Below, one piece after another: positions 13,316 to 25,357 of a stretch of 64,000 nt of DNA (position 1 is the stretch's first letter; each line of letters starts with the position of its first letter). Position numbers and translations under genes: made by a program. Where the stretch lies: the NCBI GenBank assembly GCA_021613535.1, contig CP075493.1, forward strand, positions 10,974,001 through 11,038,000. Direction: 5' to 3'. The DNA comes from Adineta vaga. Lineage: Eukaryota; Animalia; Rotifera. Under the pieces are notes generated by a model. That model was not told the DNA's origin. It saw only the letters and a program-made list of their open reading frames with translations, and ran no database searches.

Positions 13316-13717
13316 TTATTCTGCAAACCATAATTTAGATTTTAATGTTTCTAATTGATTTACAGAAAGTAATTCTTCAAAAGGTACTAAATCCATGAAC
13401 CATTTCTGATATTCTGGTGGACAATCATCATTGAGAAATCCTCGGCGATGAAAGTTCTTTGTGCCCAATGTTGGTATGAGATGTATTTGTTTTGATGATA
13501 AATTTAAATCTGGATCATTGAAAAGGTCCATAAGAAATTCAGCAACTACTATGCATGATGCTTTGTGTGTTGTTGTTGTTCCAGCTATTGTACGTTTTCG
13601 AATTAGATATTTCAAATCGTTCAATGCAACATCACCATCATCAGTTGTTAAATACGGACGAGAATGAACAATATTTGTAAATAAAACAGATCCAATTAAG
13701 ATCAAGAACAAATTCAT
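13316..13717 (-). CDS. Small secreted precursor: signal peptide, acidic propeptide, RKR cleavage site, two-Cys mature domain
   Basis: MNLFLILIGSVLFTNIVHS signal and an IRKR furin-like site; TATA-like TATATATA about 60 bp upstream. Confidence 0.7.
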   Translation of the reverse strand: MNLFLILIGSVLFTNIVHSRPYLTTDDGDVALNDLKYLIRKRTIAGTTTTHKASCIVVAEFLMDLFNDPDLNLSSKQIHLIPTLGTKNFHRRGFLNDDCPPEYQKWFMDLVPFEELLSVNQLETLKSKLWFAE

Positions 13718-14474
13718 TGGTACTATATCGGTAGAATTTTATGTAAGTTATGATTTTTTTCTCTCTGTGTAAACGGTATATATATATAGAGAGAGAACGA
13801 TGCACATATGATATTAAAGTCGATTCGTATTCATGTTCTTTGTATTATGAAGGTCACTATTTGTATAAGAATATGTACATAGATGAATTCAATTGTGAAT
13901 GAATACGATAATCATTCGTCAAGCTAGAGGATATATATTATTATCAGATCTATCAGACATTAATACGAGCAACAGAATGAAAAGAGAAAATAATTTGATG
14001 GATGTAATGAGAGTGTGTGATGTCTTTTCGTTACAACAAATTCATCGTATATGTATACTATTCGTATAAAAAATAAAACCATATTTATCCGTTCATATAA
14101 ATTATAGTGAGAAGTTAGTTTGAAATTGTATTTTATAAGTCATGTCATTTGGTATAATTTTCTTCAGAAAATGTCTCCTTATTCATATAAAAATCCAGAT
14201 TCTATATTATGATTTTACTTTTGTACTTACTGGAAAAGTAAAAGAATCTGGGTTAAGTTTTGATTCAAAATTAATTAGAAAAATATAATCATATCTAGAA
14301 ATGAAAGGGATATATCTGTCTTAGAAGCCAATTAGTTTATGAGTATTCAGAATTAAAGATGAATCGAAGAAAATCATAGAATGACTTTAATTTCCTGAAC
14401 TTATTCTTCATTCATCTTCATCGAACAAAGTTCTTTTCCCAAAACATCTTGTAAAGATTAGCTTTCGTTCTTCT

Positions 14475-15528
14475 ATGGATACTACGGTCAAAGAAATAAA
14501 TAGAATAGCAACAATAACATTCTATGCTCTGTCGATAATCAATTTTGTCTTGGGTATAGTTGGTCTAACATTCAATTTACTTATCTTCACTCGACCTGCT
14601 CTACGTCGTCAACCATGTTCACTCTATTTTTTCTCATCATCATGTTATAATTATCTCGTCATATTATTGGTCATACCAATACGTCTTCTTGCAAACAATT
14701 ATAATATAGAAATGGTCAATTACAATCTTAGTTATTGTAAAATTCAAACCTTTTCTATTTTTGCCATACGTACCATATCTTGTTGGTTGATTACCTTAGC
14801 GACAGTAGATCGTTATTTGCATAGTTCATCAAATGCTTCTCTTCGTCAAATAAGTTCATTAAGAATAACGAAATGGGCAATCGGAGTTACTAGTATTACC
14901 ATTTTTATTCTCTATTGTCATATGATTGTATATTTTGAAATACGATATACACTGAATCGTTTTGGTATTATTGTGCCATCATGCAATGCTCAAAGTGGCT
15001 TTTATCGAACATTCAGTAGCTTCTGGTATATGGTTTTCTATTCACTATTTCCTTCATTTGTTATGCTTATTTTTGGTTATCTAACCATAAGAAATGTACA
15101 TCAACGTACTCGAATTATTCCAAGAGTTGCTAGGAATAATCAAGGTCTAAAACGCACAGACACTGTACTCTTGCGTATGTTAGCTGCACATAATGGTCAT
15201 CATCATTTGTACGATACCATTCTCAGTCTATCGCCTATACGGATCTTTTACGACACATTTTATCAAAGATACGTATCGATTGGCACAAGAAAATCTGACT
15301 TTTCAAATCGTTGGTGGACTAACTTATTTTGTACATTCAAGTAGTTTCTACATGCATACTCTATCGGGCACCATTTTTCGTAAAGAACTTCGCCGGCTCA
15401 TTAGATATGGTATTGAACGACAGAATGAAGTTCATATTCAAAGAAATGTACTTCGAATACAACCAACATCAGTTTTACAAAAAGAAAGTCATCGTAAACG
15501 AGTTACTAACAATACCAGAGAAGATTGA
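14475..15528 (+). pseudogene. Rhodopsin-like orphan GPCR, frameshifted at about 15189
   Basis: GLTFNLLIF, PCSLY, TVDRY (DRY) motifs and TM1-5 lie in ORF 14475. TM6-7 (VIIICTIPF, SSSFYMHTLSG..FRKEL) continue in another frame (ORF 15193-15528). Confidence 0.8.
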
Positions 15529-15880
15529 ACTGTGATTGTTACCTGTTTATAATCATGACAGTTACATTCATATCGTATGTAGAGAGACGTACATGTTTTT
15601 TTAAAAGTATATTCTGGCTGATCGAATGAAATTTTCCTTGTTGTGAACCATTAATTTTATTCTTACATACAATAATAACTATATCATTATAATACAAAGT
15701 TATATTCTATGTAGATGTCGATACTATAACCTAATGAAAATATTACTATTCCTTTCATTTATAAATCTTTATTTAACTACCAGTATAGAGGCATAGAAGA
15801 ATAGAAAATGAAATTCAATAAAATTATTTCAATAAAGATAAAGTAGTAATCACATTCAAGAAAACGACCATACTATAATC

Positions 15881-16818
15881 ATGTCTGAAAAATATCGTGA
15901 TGTATTAGATTTACATAATAAAAATGCTGTTATTACTGGTGCTAGTAGTGGTATTGGAAAAGAAGTAGCATTAACATTAGCTAAAGAAGGGTATAATATA
16001 TTATTACAATATTCCTTCTTTGATATGTATAGTTCATTTTAGATGTAATGTTGCTTTGTTAGCTCGTACACGTGATGCACTGGAAAAATTAGCATCGGAA
16101 TGTTCAAAACATGGCGTTCAGGCACATGTAATTACATGTGATATGTCGTCAAAACAATCGATCGATGATGCATGTAAACAAATTGGTCAATTATTTCAAA
16201 ATAAATTACATATTTTAATTAATAATGCTGGTATTTTTGGTGAAAGAGTATCTTCAATAGAAGAAAAAACACCATCGGGAAAAGATGTTGTCGATATGTG
16301 GGAAGAAGTAATGATGGTAAATTTAGTTAATTTAATGCGAATAACAGGAAAATGTTTACCAATGATGAAAGAATGTAAACATGGTGCTATAATTACAATT
16401 TCATCATTAGCAGCAACAGTAAGTTTTAAATCTTTACATAATATCGAAATTAATGTATTATGCTAGATGACCGGTGGTGGTTTAGCTCAATATCATGCAA
16501 GTAAATGGGGAGTAAATGGATTTCTTGGATCAATCTATGAAGGTAAAACATGTCGATAGATGTTGCAGAGCCTTTCTATTTTGAATCTACTGTTTACTTC
16601 TAGATGTTCGTGAATTTGGTATTAAAGTTTGTTCAATTATGCCAGGTTTTGTTAACACTCCAATGCTTAGTGGAGATCAAGCAAGATTAAATCTTGACAA
16701 ATGTATTCAATCAGAAGATATTGCTGAAGGTGTTCTTTATATTTTAAGAACACCTATCAATGTTTGTCCGACAGAAATTAAATATCGTCCACAATATACA
16801 CCATATTTAAAAAATTAA
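15881..16818 (+). CDS. Short-chain dehydrogenase/reductase (classical SDR)
   Basis: VITGASSGIG, NNAG, YHASK (YxxxK) and PGFVNT motifs across four exons with short introns. Confidence 0.92.
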
Positions 16819-17269
16819 AAAGATATTATTTTTAACTTATTCTTAACACTGACATTTTTTTAAGACATTGAATTTAAATAAACAAGAAACATTAGCGGAG
16901 TGAATACTATGATTATGAATTTTTATCATTGTATAGATATGTTTTGATTCTAGAGGAATTGAAGCGTCATCCTATCACTTATTTTCTCATGCTTCTCACT
17001 TCTCGTGAATCATAGAAAATTAAATTGTTTTTCCTTAACTTATTTTCACTGAACTATATTTTATAGAAGAAAAGAGAGATAATAGTTTCAAGTGAGTGTA
17101 AATATATTATGTAGATTAGACAAATAACAAAGGAATTATAACATCCACATCCATGGAATTTTGGAAATAAGTGCTTCTACAAGGGTTGACGAATTGGACA
17201 CTATGATAAGACTCTACTGAACATCTGCGAAAACATAAGGAACGAGATGATCTAGTTAAATGTATGATA

Positions 17270-18103
17270 TCATTCAAAAAGTTGTTGTTCAAATTCGCGT
17301 CGCAGTATTGCAATATATTGACACTGTAAATTGATACGTTCGGACATTTGTGTAGCAAAAAGATTAGCCAAACCAATATCACCGGAATTATAATACTGAG
17401 TATGATATTTTTGGCAGTAATCGATATTAAGATCATTTGTATTTGCACAAACTGCACGTGTCTGTACCGTGGTTCTATTTGTAATAGGGTTGTATCCACG
17501 AAGTCTGGTGCCACAAAGAGTTGTCAGGTTGTTTGCATCACCGCTATTAAAAAATAGATGGAGAAATTTAACACCAGGATGTTGAAGAATATTATTCTGA
17601 AGAAATGTTAATACTTCTGCATCATTGACGTATGGAAAAATCATCACCATAGTAAGCGAGCGATTGGGTCGATTTATTTGTTGAGCTAAGTTAGTATAAA
17701 TATTTACGATTGTAGTAATAGCAGTGAAAGGTGCTAAGTCGTTATTAGGATTGACAATATATCTAGTTCTATCGTAAACGATTATAGTGGGTTGATCATC
17801 AAATGGTCTAGGTGGTGGTTCTACTGCGCCGAACTGTAATGCCTAAAGCAAATAGAAGAAAAATACATTGTCACTATCAATAATAGTAAATATTCTTCAT
17901 GATACACATTCTTTGTCTACTAATATTCTATTTAGATAGCTGGAAACATGTACATATGTGAGGAATATTGATGACAATATTTGTTAGTGAAGTTACTCTT
18001 GAAATTACTGTTTCGCTACATGATCATCAAACTATCATTTCATAAAATCTATGATATGCGATGTATGTCATAATCATTCAAATTCACTTAGAAAACTAAC
18101 CAT
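17270..18103 (-). CDS. Hypothetical 191-aa protein, alpha/beta domain plus helical tail
   Basis: Exon 17842-17270 is stop-free after a CTTTAG acceptor (ALQFGAVEPPPRPFDDQPTIIVYD...). Probable ATG-only first coding exon ATG|GTTAGT at 18103-18101. Confidence 0.55.
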
Positions 18104-18938
18104 GTTGTCTATTGATTGATGTCACAAAGTGGTAGATATCGCAGAAAAGCGATCACAAACGCGTAGCCTATCTATAACGAAGAATAAATGGATGATTTTA
18201 TTGTAATAGTATAGGTTAAATGAAGTAGTCCATAACACTTAATCTTCTGAGAGATTTCATTGATTAGTGATATGTCAAAAACAATAAGAATATAACAAAA
18301 CAACTATACAGAGACTTATATACAGTAGAGTGCAAAAATAATTGCCGATAAACTTGTCAAGGTTCTTCTCATAGAAATATTAGATATTGGGGTATTTTAA
18401 TGTTGTTGTATGACATCAGTACTTTACTCTAAAAATACAGTAATTATTAATACTTTCGAAGTTTGCCATTGATATCAATCAATTAAATGGTTTAGTAGAA
18501 TGATCCAACTAGATTGAGATTTGTGCTATCAGACGCTCATACAGTAGTTTCAATAATGTAATATGATCTATCGGTCAGATCATATGAAACTGATGTTTGA
18601 CTTATGAGTGATTTTTACGAAAACGCATAGCAGTCTTCAAACAATACTAGTTTCACCGAATGCATCAAAAGAGTATCTACCATTTACAAATATTCCGAGA
18701 GTAATCGCTTGAAGAAGGTAGGAAACAGTTTTACAGAAAGTATATGCACTGAAGGGTATTTTTTTTTTGCACTCTCCTGTATACGTACATGAGAAAGAGA
18801 TTATACAGAGAAAACTGAAATCATACTCTATTTTTCAACTTTAACATTGATGGAAATGCAATAGGATATTAGACAAGATTTAATAGTTGCATTACTGTTA
18901 AATAACCTTAAACTTCACTCGAGTTCACCATTGATAGA

Positions 18939-20132
18939 TCAATCTTTTAAGTTTTTTTCCATAATTTTGGCATAATGCTTCAATATTTTGTTGGTATCAT
19001 CTCCGAGTAATTCGTAGCATTGCTTTGATCGATCAAGAAGACGCATAATCATTTTAGGATTTTTCGATTCATTAGCAAACGCTTGAAAAGCACTCTCTCG
19101 ATAGTGTTGTCCCAATTTGTGGTATAAATGACTTATGAGATGATCTATTGAACAGACATAAGTTACATTTGAAGTGTTGACAATTTGTTCTGCTTTGCAG
19201 AAAAAAGAATAATTTAACAATTGAGAAAGTGCTAGTATTTCTGGAGTTGGTAATGTTGAAGAAACGACAATGATTGGGGTTGATATTTTTAAATTCGTTA
19301 CAGACAATATCACTTGATCATCTGATTCACATGTTATAATATGAGCAATATCAGGATCAAGATGAATCAGTTTAATCTCTTCTCCAATAGTAAATATGAT
19401 TGCTACAGAATCTCGATCTTCTTCGCTTATATGACGTTTTAATTTCTCTTCTATATCAATAGTTGAATTGGTTCGTCTAATTGACTGTTTGACTTCATTC
19501 TGTTGAGATTCAATATAATCTATTTGATCTTTGAAATCATTGTCTGCTAGTCGGGCAACACATGTCATTATTTCTTTTGCCCTACCAAAGTAAGTGAGTG
19601 CAAAGTCCGTTGATGATGGATTCTGGTTTTTAAGGTATTCACCTTTGCTTCGATAATATTGGCTTATGTCTTGTAAAAGACGAATTAGAAGATTTTTCGA
19701 CAAATCAAAACAAAGAACATCAATATCATATTTTCGGCAACGATCAATCCAATTAGCGATGCTCGAACTACAATCGCCCAAGATGTAGATTTTTTTAATA
19801 GACTTCCATGTTTCAGTCATCTGTATAAATATGTTTGTAGCACTGGAGTCCGATATGACAAAAAATATGTGGTTCGAACTTGTGTTTTCGTCAAAATAGT
19901 GGTAACATAGGTTTTTATCATCAAAAATTCGTAACTCTCCCGCTAATGTCGGTAAATGTTTCTTGATTTCACCGATTAACTCAGCGTCATCTTCAATGTA
20001 AATGTCATTCGTTTGATTTAATGTTGAGCGATCTCTATTAGTTTTCGGTGTACTGTCTAATTCGGATAGTTCAGACAAATTGAGCGACGATTTTAAGTAT
20101 ACTATTGTATAATCTACCTCAGGAATTGCCAT
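18939..20132 (-). CDS. Intronless protein with two degenerate receiver-like alpha/beta domains, each followed by a TPR-like helical pair
   Basis: 397-aa ORF. IFFVISD..IKKIYILG and IIVVSS..LLNYSFFC segments are each followed by LLIRLLQDISQYY / LISHLYHKLGQHY helices. Confidence 0.65.
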   Translation of the reverse strand: MAIPEVDYTIVYLKSSLNLSELSELDSTPKTNRDRSTLNQTNDIYIEDDAELIGEIKKHLPTLAGELRIFDDKNLCYHYFDENTSSNHIFFVISDSSATNIFIQMTETWKSIKKIYILGDCSSSIANWIDRCRKYDIDVLCFDLSKNLLIRLLQDISQYYRSKGEYLKNQNPSSTDFALTYFGRAKEIMTCVARLADNDFKDQIDYIESQQNEVKQSIRRTNSTIDIEEKLKRHISEEDRDSVAIIFTIGEEIKLIHLDPDIAHIITCESDDQVILSVTNLKISTPIIVVSSTLPTPEILALSQLLNYSFFCKAEQIVNTSNVTYVCSIDHLISHLYHKLGQHYRESAFQAFANESKNPKMIMRLLDRSKQCYELLGDDTNKILKHYAKIMEKNLKD

Positions 20133-21254
20133 TTGATTTAGAATCGTTTATATTGAGGAACTATCGTAAAGAAAGTAATAACAAGGTATTATTTTATCAT
20201 CAAATAAGATTGTCAGTTTTAGCGATGTGAGTATCGATATGGGTGTGGATGATGGGCCAGTCTAAACATACACTCTTATTTTATCGGCATCTACAAGTTC
20301 AAAACATACGTGCATACCCTAGGATTTCGTAAAAGGGGTTGACTAATAAAGTACGCTTTATTGACGTGCTCATGGACTAACATAATTTTAACAAACGAGT
20401 GAGTCATTCCGTTGCATTGGAAACTTTTCGAACTTTGTTTAAGAATAGTGCTGATAAGCCTAGAATCTAGCTGATTAATGACGAGGAAGACGCACGAGTC
20501 ATGTTTTTGAACCTCTGCTTTTAACTTTACCTATTTTACAAGAACTCTAATCGCATACTTTAGTTACCTGGTGCATGCGAAAATGATTCTATGCACATTA
20601 ATTATCGTCTGTACCACACGTTAAATATCAACTGCAATTCTATTTAATTTCGTACACTATAATTCGTCCTGAGTTGTCTCATCGGGAAGAAGAATTTACT
20701 TATAAACAAGCTACATATATGTCCATGAGACTGAAAAATGGTCCTACTTGTACGAACTAAGAGTTACGACAAATACACTATATTGAAATAAAAATTGCTA
20801 TATCTTTTTCATTCCTATGTTATTTTATATGGTAGGAAGTAATCTTATTCAGCTCGAATTACTTATGCTCTATTCCTGATAAGATTTTGGCAAAATAATT
20901 TCAGTGTGTATTTTATAGAAAGAAAAAACCTTTTCTTCATCATGAATACTCACTTTGTTGGGCTTCATAAAAGTACTAATAAAACATTTTATATGCACTT
21001 TCTACCTACAGAAGCTGTGTCACTACTATTTGCTTTCTCTTCTTACGAATCAACATATTCGCTAGCATAAAAAACATTTTCTTTCGGCGAAATGAAAACA
21101 ACTCGCATCATACGACGAAGAGAAAAACAGCATCTGCAAACATTCGTCGTCGTCGTCGTGCATCGCACAGTGAAAATATACTTATTATTATAGCTCGGCA
21201 GTAGTTTACATGCATATAAAAGCGTATTCACTTCCTAATAGTATGGCGGTGCAA

Positions 21255-21492
21255 AGGTGGGTGGGTATGGGTAGGTGTGAGTAAAGCTTCACCCAGCACG
21301 CCCTTCATGATATCCCATTGATGGTGTTTTAACCCCATCGCACAGAGGGTTGTCATTGAAATTTTTCATCTATACCACAACATATTCTACCGCGCATATC
21401 TAAGATGGAACAACTTATACTATGTACCATTCCAAATTCACTCACACCCACCTGGGTGAAATTTCACCCACGTCCCCCACCCCTACCCCCTA
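21255..21492. mobile_element. Degenerate MITE-like element with G-rich/C-rich imperfect inverted ends
   Basis: Left GGGTATGGGTAGGTGTGAGTAAAGCTTCACCCAG resembles the reverse complement of right CTGGGTGAAATTTCACCCACGTCCCCCACCCCTACCC. No TSD resolved. Confidence 0.5.
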
Positions 21493-21499
21493 TGATCTT

Positions 21500-21623
21500 T
21501 CTCTGTACCTAGAGAAGTACCATGGAACGTTTGGTGTCCGTAGCTATTACAGGGACTGAATTCATAGCGAACAGATAGACAAACAAACAAACAAACAAAC
21601 TTTCTTCTTTATAAATGTACAGA
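21500..21623 (-). mobile_element. Possible Helitron-like 5' end fragment with a (GTTT)n microsatellite
   Basis: Minus strand reads TCTGTACATTTATAAAGAAGAAAG(TTTG)nTCT, like non-autonomous Helitron starts. The flanking A|T target is not seen. Confidence 0.35.
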
Positions 21624-22254
21624 CTTACTCTCTTAGTGCACAATAAGTAGTTTTTACGTACCTCTCACAAATTGGAAAAATAAGGAAATGACGTCGTTGA
21701 CGACCAAGCATTATTTTAACATAGTAGGAAAAACAAGCATTACCAATATTTTTCTTTATTGAGTTTTATTTTTCTGTCAGAAAAGCAATGTTTCCACAAC
21801 ACCAACCATTACTGTAGCATATGAAGAAAAAGAAAAGTTTCCTGCCGAGCGTTAGAATTTTTGATGATGGAACAACATAAAGGCATGTGAGAAATGGTAA
21901 TGAAGATTAAGTCTGAAAATTCGACAGAGCTGTTCTGGAGTTCTAAGAAAGAAGATAGGAGCAACTTTTCGGATTCATACAACGACATTCAACATGAAGA
22001 TAGATAATCAATGATCGCGTTTTTTTTCTGACAATCGATAAACTACGCAGAAAAAGCGTAAGATCTCTGCTGTATGTAATCTCGAAACTTGTAATTTCGA
22101 TGATTTTATTGAGCTCTTTAACAGAATCAAGAGAAAGATGTCCGTACATCATATCACAATGAATTGATTACATCAAGCAGATAAATATCAATAAAAATTA
22201 CATTTAAGAGCAGTCCAATCTGCTTTATTTATGCAAGAAATAAACGCATAATAA

Positions 22255-23385
22255 CTACTCTAATGTTCTTTCGTCGATATTAAATTTCAGTACTCGATTA
22301 TTATTTGAATCTGCAACATAAAGATTATAGTTCAAATCAAAAGAGACATCCATGGGATTATTCAATTGATTTAGTTGTGTACTAGAACGATGTCCTCCAA
22401 TTAAAATACTTCCTTGAATAGCTCCTTTTAGCCATCGCATAATTCGATGATTGGAATAATCAACAACATAAATTAATTCTAAATCATCAATATAGATTCC
22501 TTCTGGAAATGATAAATGCTGTAAAGTACACCCTTCACCATTACCACCAGCAACGACAACACCTTCTTTTGCACCTCTGATCCATTTCATTACACGATGA
22601 TTTTGCCAGTCGGATACATACACTGAGTAATACTTATCATCCATTGTAATACCATAGCACCTGATCTCGAAAGGATCACTTCTCCACTGGATCCATATCG
22701 ACGTGCCCACTGCATTACTCGTCGATTTTCTCGATCGCAAATGATTAATTTATCAGCTTTCTTATCTATAAATACATCTGTTGGATAATTTAATTGATCA
22801 TTTTGATTTACTTGTTCTTCGGTTGCATCAATATTCCATTCTACAACACGATGTTTTAAATAATCAGTAATTACAACTGTTCGATCATCATCAACATCGA
22901 TACCATATGGCTTGAAGAGTGTATCAAGATCATCCTGATCATGAGGAACAATTGTATTTACAGCAATACCAGCTTGTATCCATTGTGTATTGAGACCAAT
23001 CTGCGAAGAATGCATCACTTCTAAAGATTGAAGCATCGAAACAAACCATGAATTCACTTTCTAAAACTCTTACCAATTGCTTGTGTAGTTTCCGTCACAA
23101 TACTTTCTGTTGAACTTTCACTCGATTTATTGGTAAGAAACGTACTCGGCTTATTGGTCACGAAGAAACTTGTGCTTACGTTGTTATACGAAAACTCTGT
23201 AGTAATCTGCTGTGATCGATTCATGAATTGTTGAGGTAAACGACTAGTAACTCTTTGTACTCTGCTATTTAGTTTTTCTTTACTTATTATGAAGAAAACT
23301 ATACCAACAATGAAGCTAAGAGTAAGGCATATTGAAATACTTCCAAATATATATTTAGATCTATTGAAATTTCGTACAGAACGAC
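22255..23385 (-). pseudogene. TM helix, Ser/Thr stalk and NHL-repeat beta-propeller; 1-nt frameshift at about 22671; no in-frame ATG of its own
   Basis: Exon 23385-23074 encodes GRSVRNFNRSKYIFGSISICLTLSFIVGIVFFII and an S/T-rich stalk. Intron 23073-23021. NHL motifs LNYPTDV, VVAGGNGEG, YVADSNNNRV. Confidence 0.8.
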
Positions 23386-23472
23386 CTAAACAAAAACTAC
23401 ACTGTACTTATCACATGATCAAATAAGTTTTGCACTTTTTTTACCATTACTGACTTGTTCTCAGGAGGACAG

Positions 23473-24573
23473 TTATTCATCATCATCATCAATACATTCT
23501 TTCAATTCAATTTCATATTGTACACTTGCCGTACATTTTATTTTATTTTTCACTTCAAATACCGCGAAGGGTAAAATTAATACTTCTTCTTCGTCAGGTA
23601 TTTTTGACATCTCGGCAGTATTGATTGCTGTTTTATTCTGTTTGATTGAATATTTCGATAAAACTGAGACTTTGGATTGATGATAATCATCGATGTTTAT
23701 CTGGCCAAAATTTTCTTTAGCAAAGAACCGAGCAACATCTTCTTTTTTTGATGTCGATAGAAATGTTCGATTCAATATATGATTACCAATCGTATAATGT
23801 TTGAAATCATTTGTTTTCATTGATAAACCACGGTAAACAGTCCCTAGATATTGATGTTCATAAATATCTGGATGATTTATCAATAATGTAACAATATGTA
23901 CTAAACAATTGATTAAACGATATTTTTTCGGTGAAGCGTAATAAGAATTTACATCGAAATAATCGAAGATATAGAGTGCAATATGTTCGTTCAGAACTCG
24001 ATAGAAACTATTTAATATAATTTTGTTCGTCAATTGCTTTTGAAAGGTTTTTGCGAGTTTTTCAGTTTGTTCTTTTGTAAAATGTTCAGATCGAATTAAA
24101 TAGTCTTTCAAATAATAATCAGTAATTTCAATTAATAGTTTTGTTATCAAGTGATTTTTATTATCATAAGTTTTGTATAAATCAATTTGTTCACGAAATT
24201 GTTTACGTTTTTTGATCATATCCGAGCCTGACAAACACCATTCGATACTACCATTTTCGTGTAAATAAAATAAATTATAATCCTTCTCTAATAATTGTCG
24301 TATTTCATCGATTTGTGATTGATGATAAGGTATCAATTTATGAAAATTATCTTTAAATAATTTGAATGCATTTTTAGTAAGATAGATTGAAATTTGTTTG
24401 TTTAATCCAGTGTAAACGACAAAATGGGATGAAACGTCGTCATGAAAAGTATTTCTTTGATCAATTGTTTTAATACGTGTTTCAAAATTAAAATATTTCG
24501 CAATTTGATAGTTCTCGTTAGTAGTCGATACATTGTATGTTAATGGTATCGTTTCTTCTTTATGTTTAAACAT
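23473..24573 (-). CDS. R-S-E type (NAD:arginine) mono-ADP-ribosyltransferase domain protein
   Basis: VYRG, FLSTS and DEEEVLILP (R-S-ExE) catalytic motifs of the cholera-toxin-like/VIP2 clade. Confidence 0.88.
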   Translation of the reverse strand: MFKHKEETIPLTYNVSTTNENYQIAKYFNFETRIKTIDQRNTFHDDVSSHFVVYTGLNKQISIYLTKNAFKLFKDNFHKLIPYHQSQIDEIRQLLEKDYNLFYLHENGSIEWCLSGSDMIKKRKQFREQIDLYKTYDNKNHLITKLLIEITDYYLKDYLIRSEHFTKEQTEKLAKTFQKQLTNKIILNSFYRVLNEHIALYIFDYFDVNSYYASPKKYRLINCLVHIVTLLINHPDIYEHQYLGTVYRGLSMKTNDFKHYTIGNHILNRTFLSTSKKEDVARFFAKENFGQINIDDYHQSKVSVLSKYSIKQNKTAINTAEMSKIPDEEEVLILPFAVFEVKNKIKCTASVQYEIELKECIDDDDE

Positions 24574-24942
24574 CTAAAATTTTATAAGAATGATGAATAT
24601 GTAGATATCATATTTTTGCTTTATTGTCTCGTAATATTTTTTTATGTGTTGGAAAGAGAATGCGTACAATTCTTTTCAATTGATGACGTGCTTTATCATC
24701 TCGACACTATCAAATCGATTCTTTCTTCCCTTTCTTCCTTTCAGTAGGTAGTCGAAAAAAAGAAGAAGACGAGTTTCTCTTTTGGATTATTTCTTTTTGT
24801 TTTTAAATTTATCATTCTACAGTTCATAAATCGATGGTTAAATATTGACGCTTCGAGATTGTTTAGTTTATTGAAAAATCAATTCATAGTTTAAAACTAT
24901 CTAAAAAAGACTACATAAGATGTGCAATTCAATGTTCATTAT

Positions 24943-25357
24943 TTAACATTTGACGTCATCAGCTTTGATTTGACGTGCAGCAATCGCTCTGTCAACAAAG
25001 TCTTTAATAGCCCATTCCTTTGCACCATCTCGACTATAACGTGTAGCTTTACCAACAATACCTGGTGCTTGAGTATCACATCAAAATTCTGCATCCCATT
25101 TCCATTCCCATCTGTGAAAGCCTCCTTTCAATCGATGTGTACACGGAAATCCACAATTGCTATTACCTTGTGGTTTATTCCAATTGTGAAGTCTATAAAG
25201 TTCTTTAGCCAACTGTTTTGCACATTCAACATAGCTTCCGTCAGCAATAGTATGGTGATACATGTTTGAACGAAGATCGTTAATAAAATATGTTACTTGG
25301 TTTTGCAAGAAACAGATGAAACTAATAATCGTAACGAGGAAAACTTGATAATTGCAT
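24943..25357 (-). pseudogene. Anti-lipopolysaccharide factor (ALF)-like gene with an in-frame TGA at 25083-25081
   Basis: Reading through the TGA gives CTHRLKGGFHRWEWKWDAEF*CDTQAPGIVGKATRYSRDGAKEWAIKDFVDRAIAARQI. This matches the ALF pattern C..FWCP..I.G.A..SR.G....A..DFV..A. A signal-like NYQVFLVTIISFICFL is in frame, but the ATG at 25357 is one base out of frame. Confidence 0.75.
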
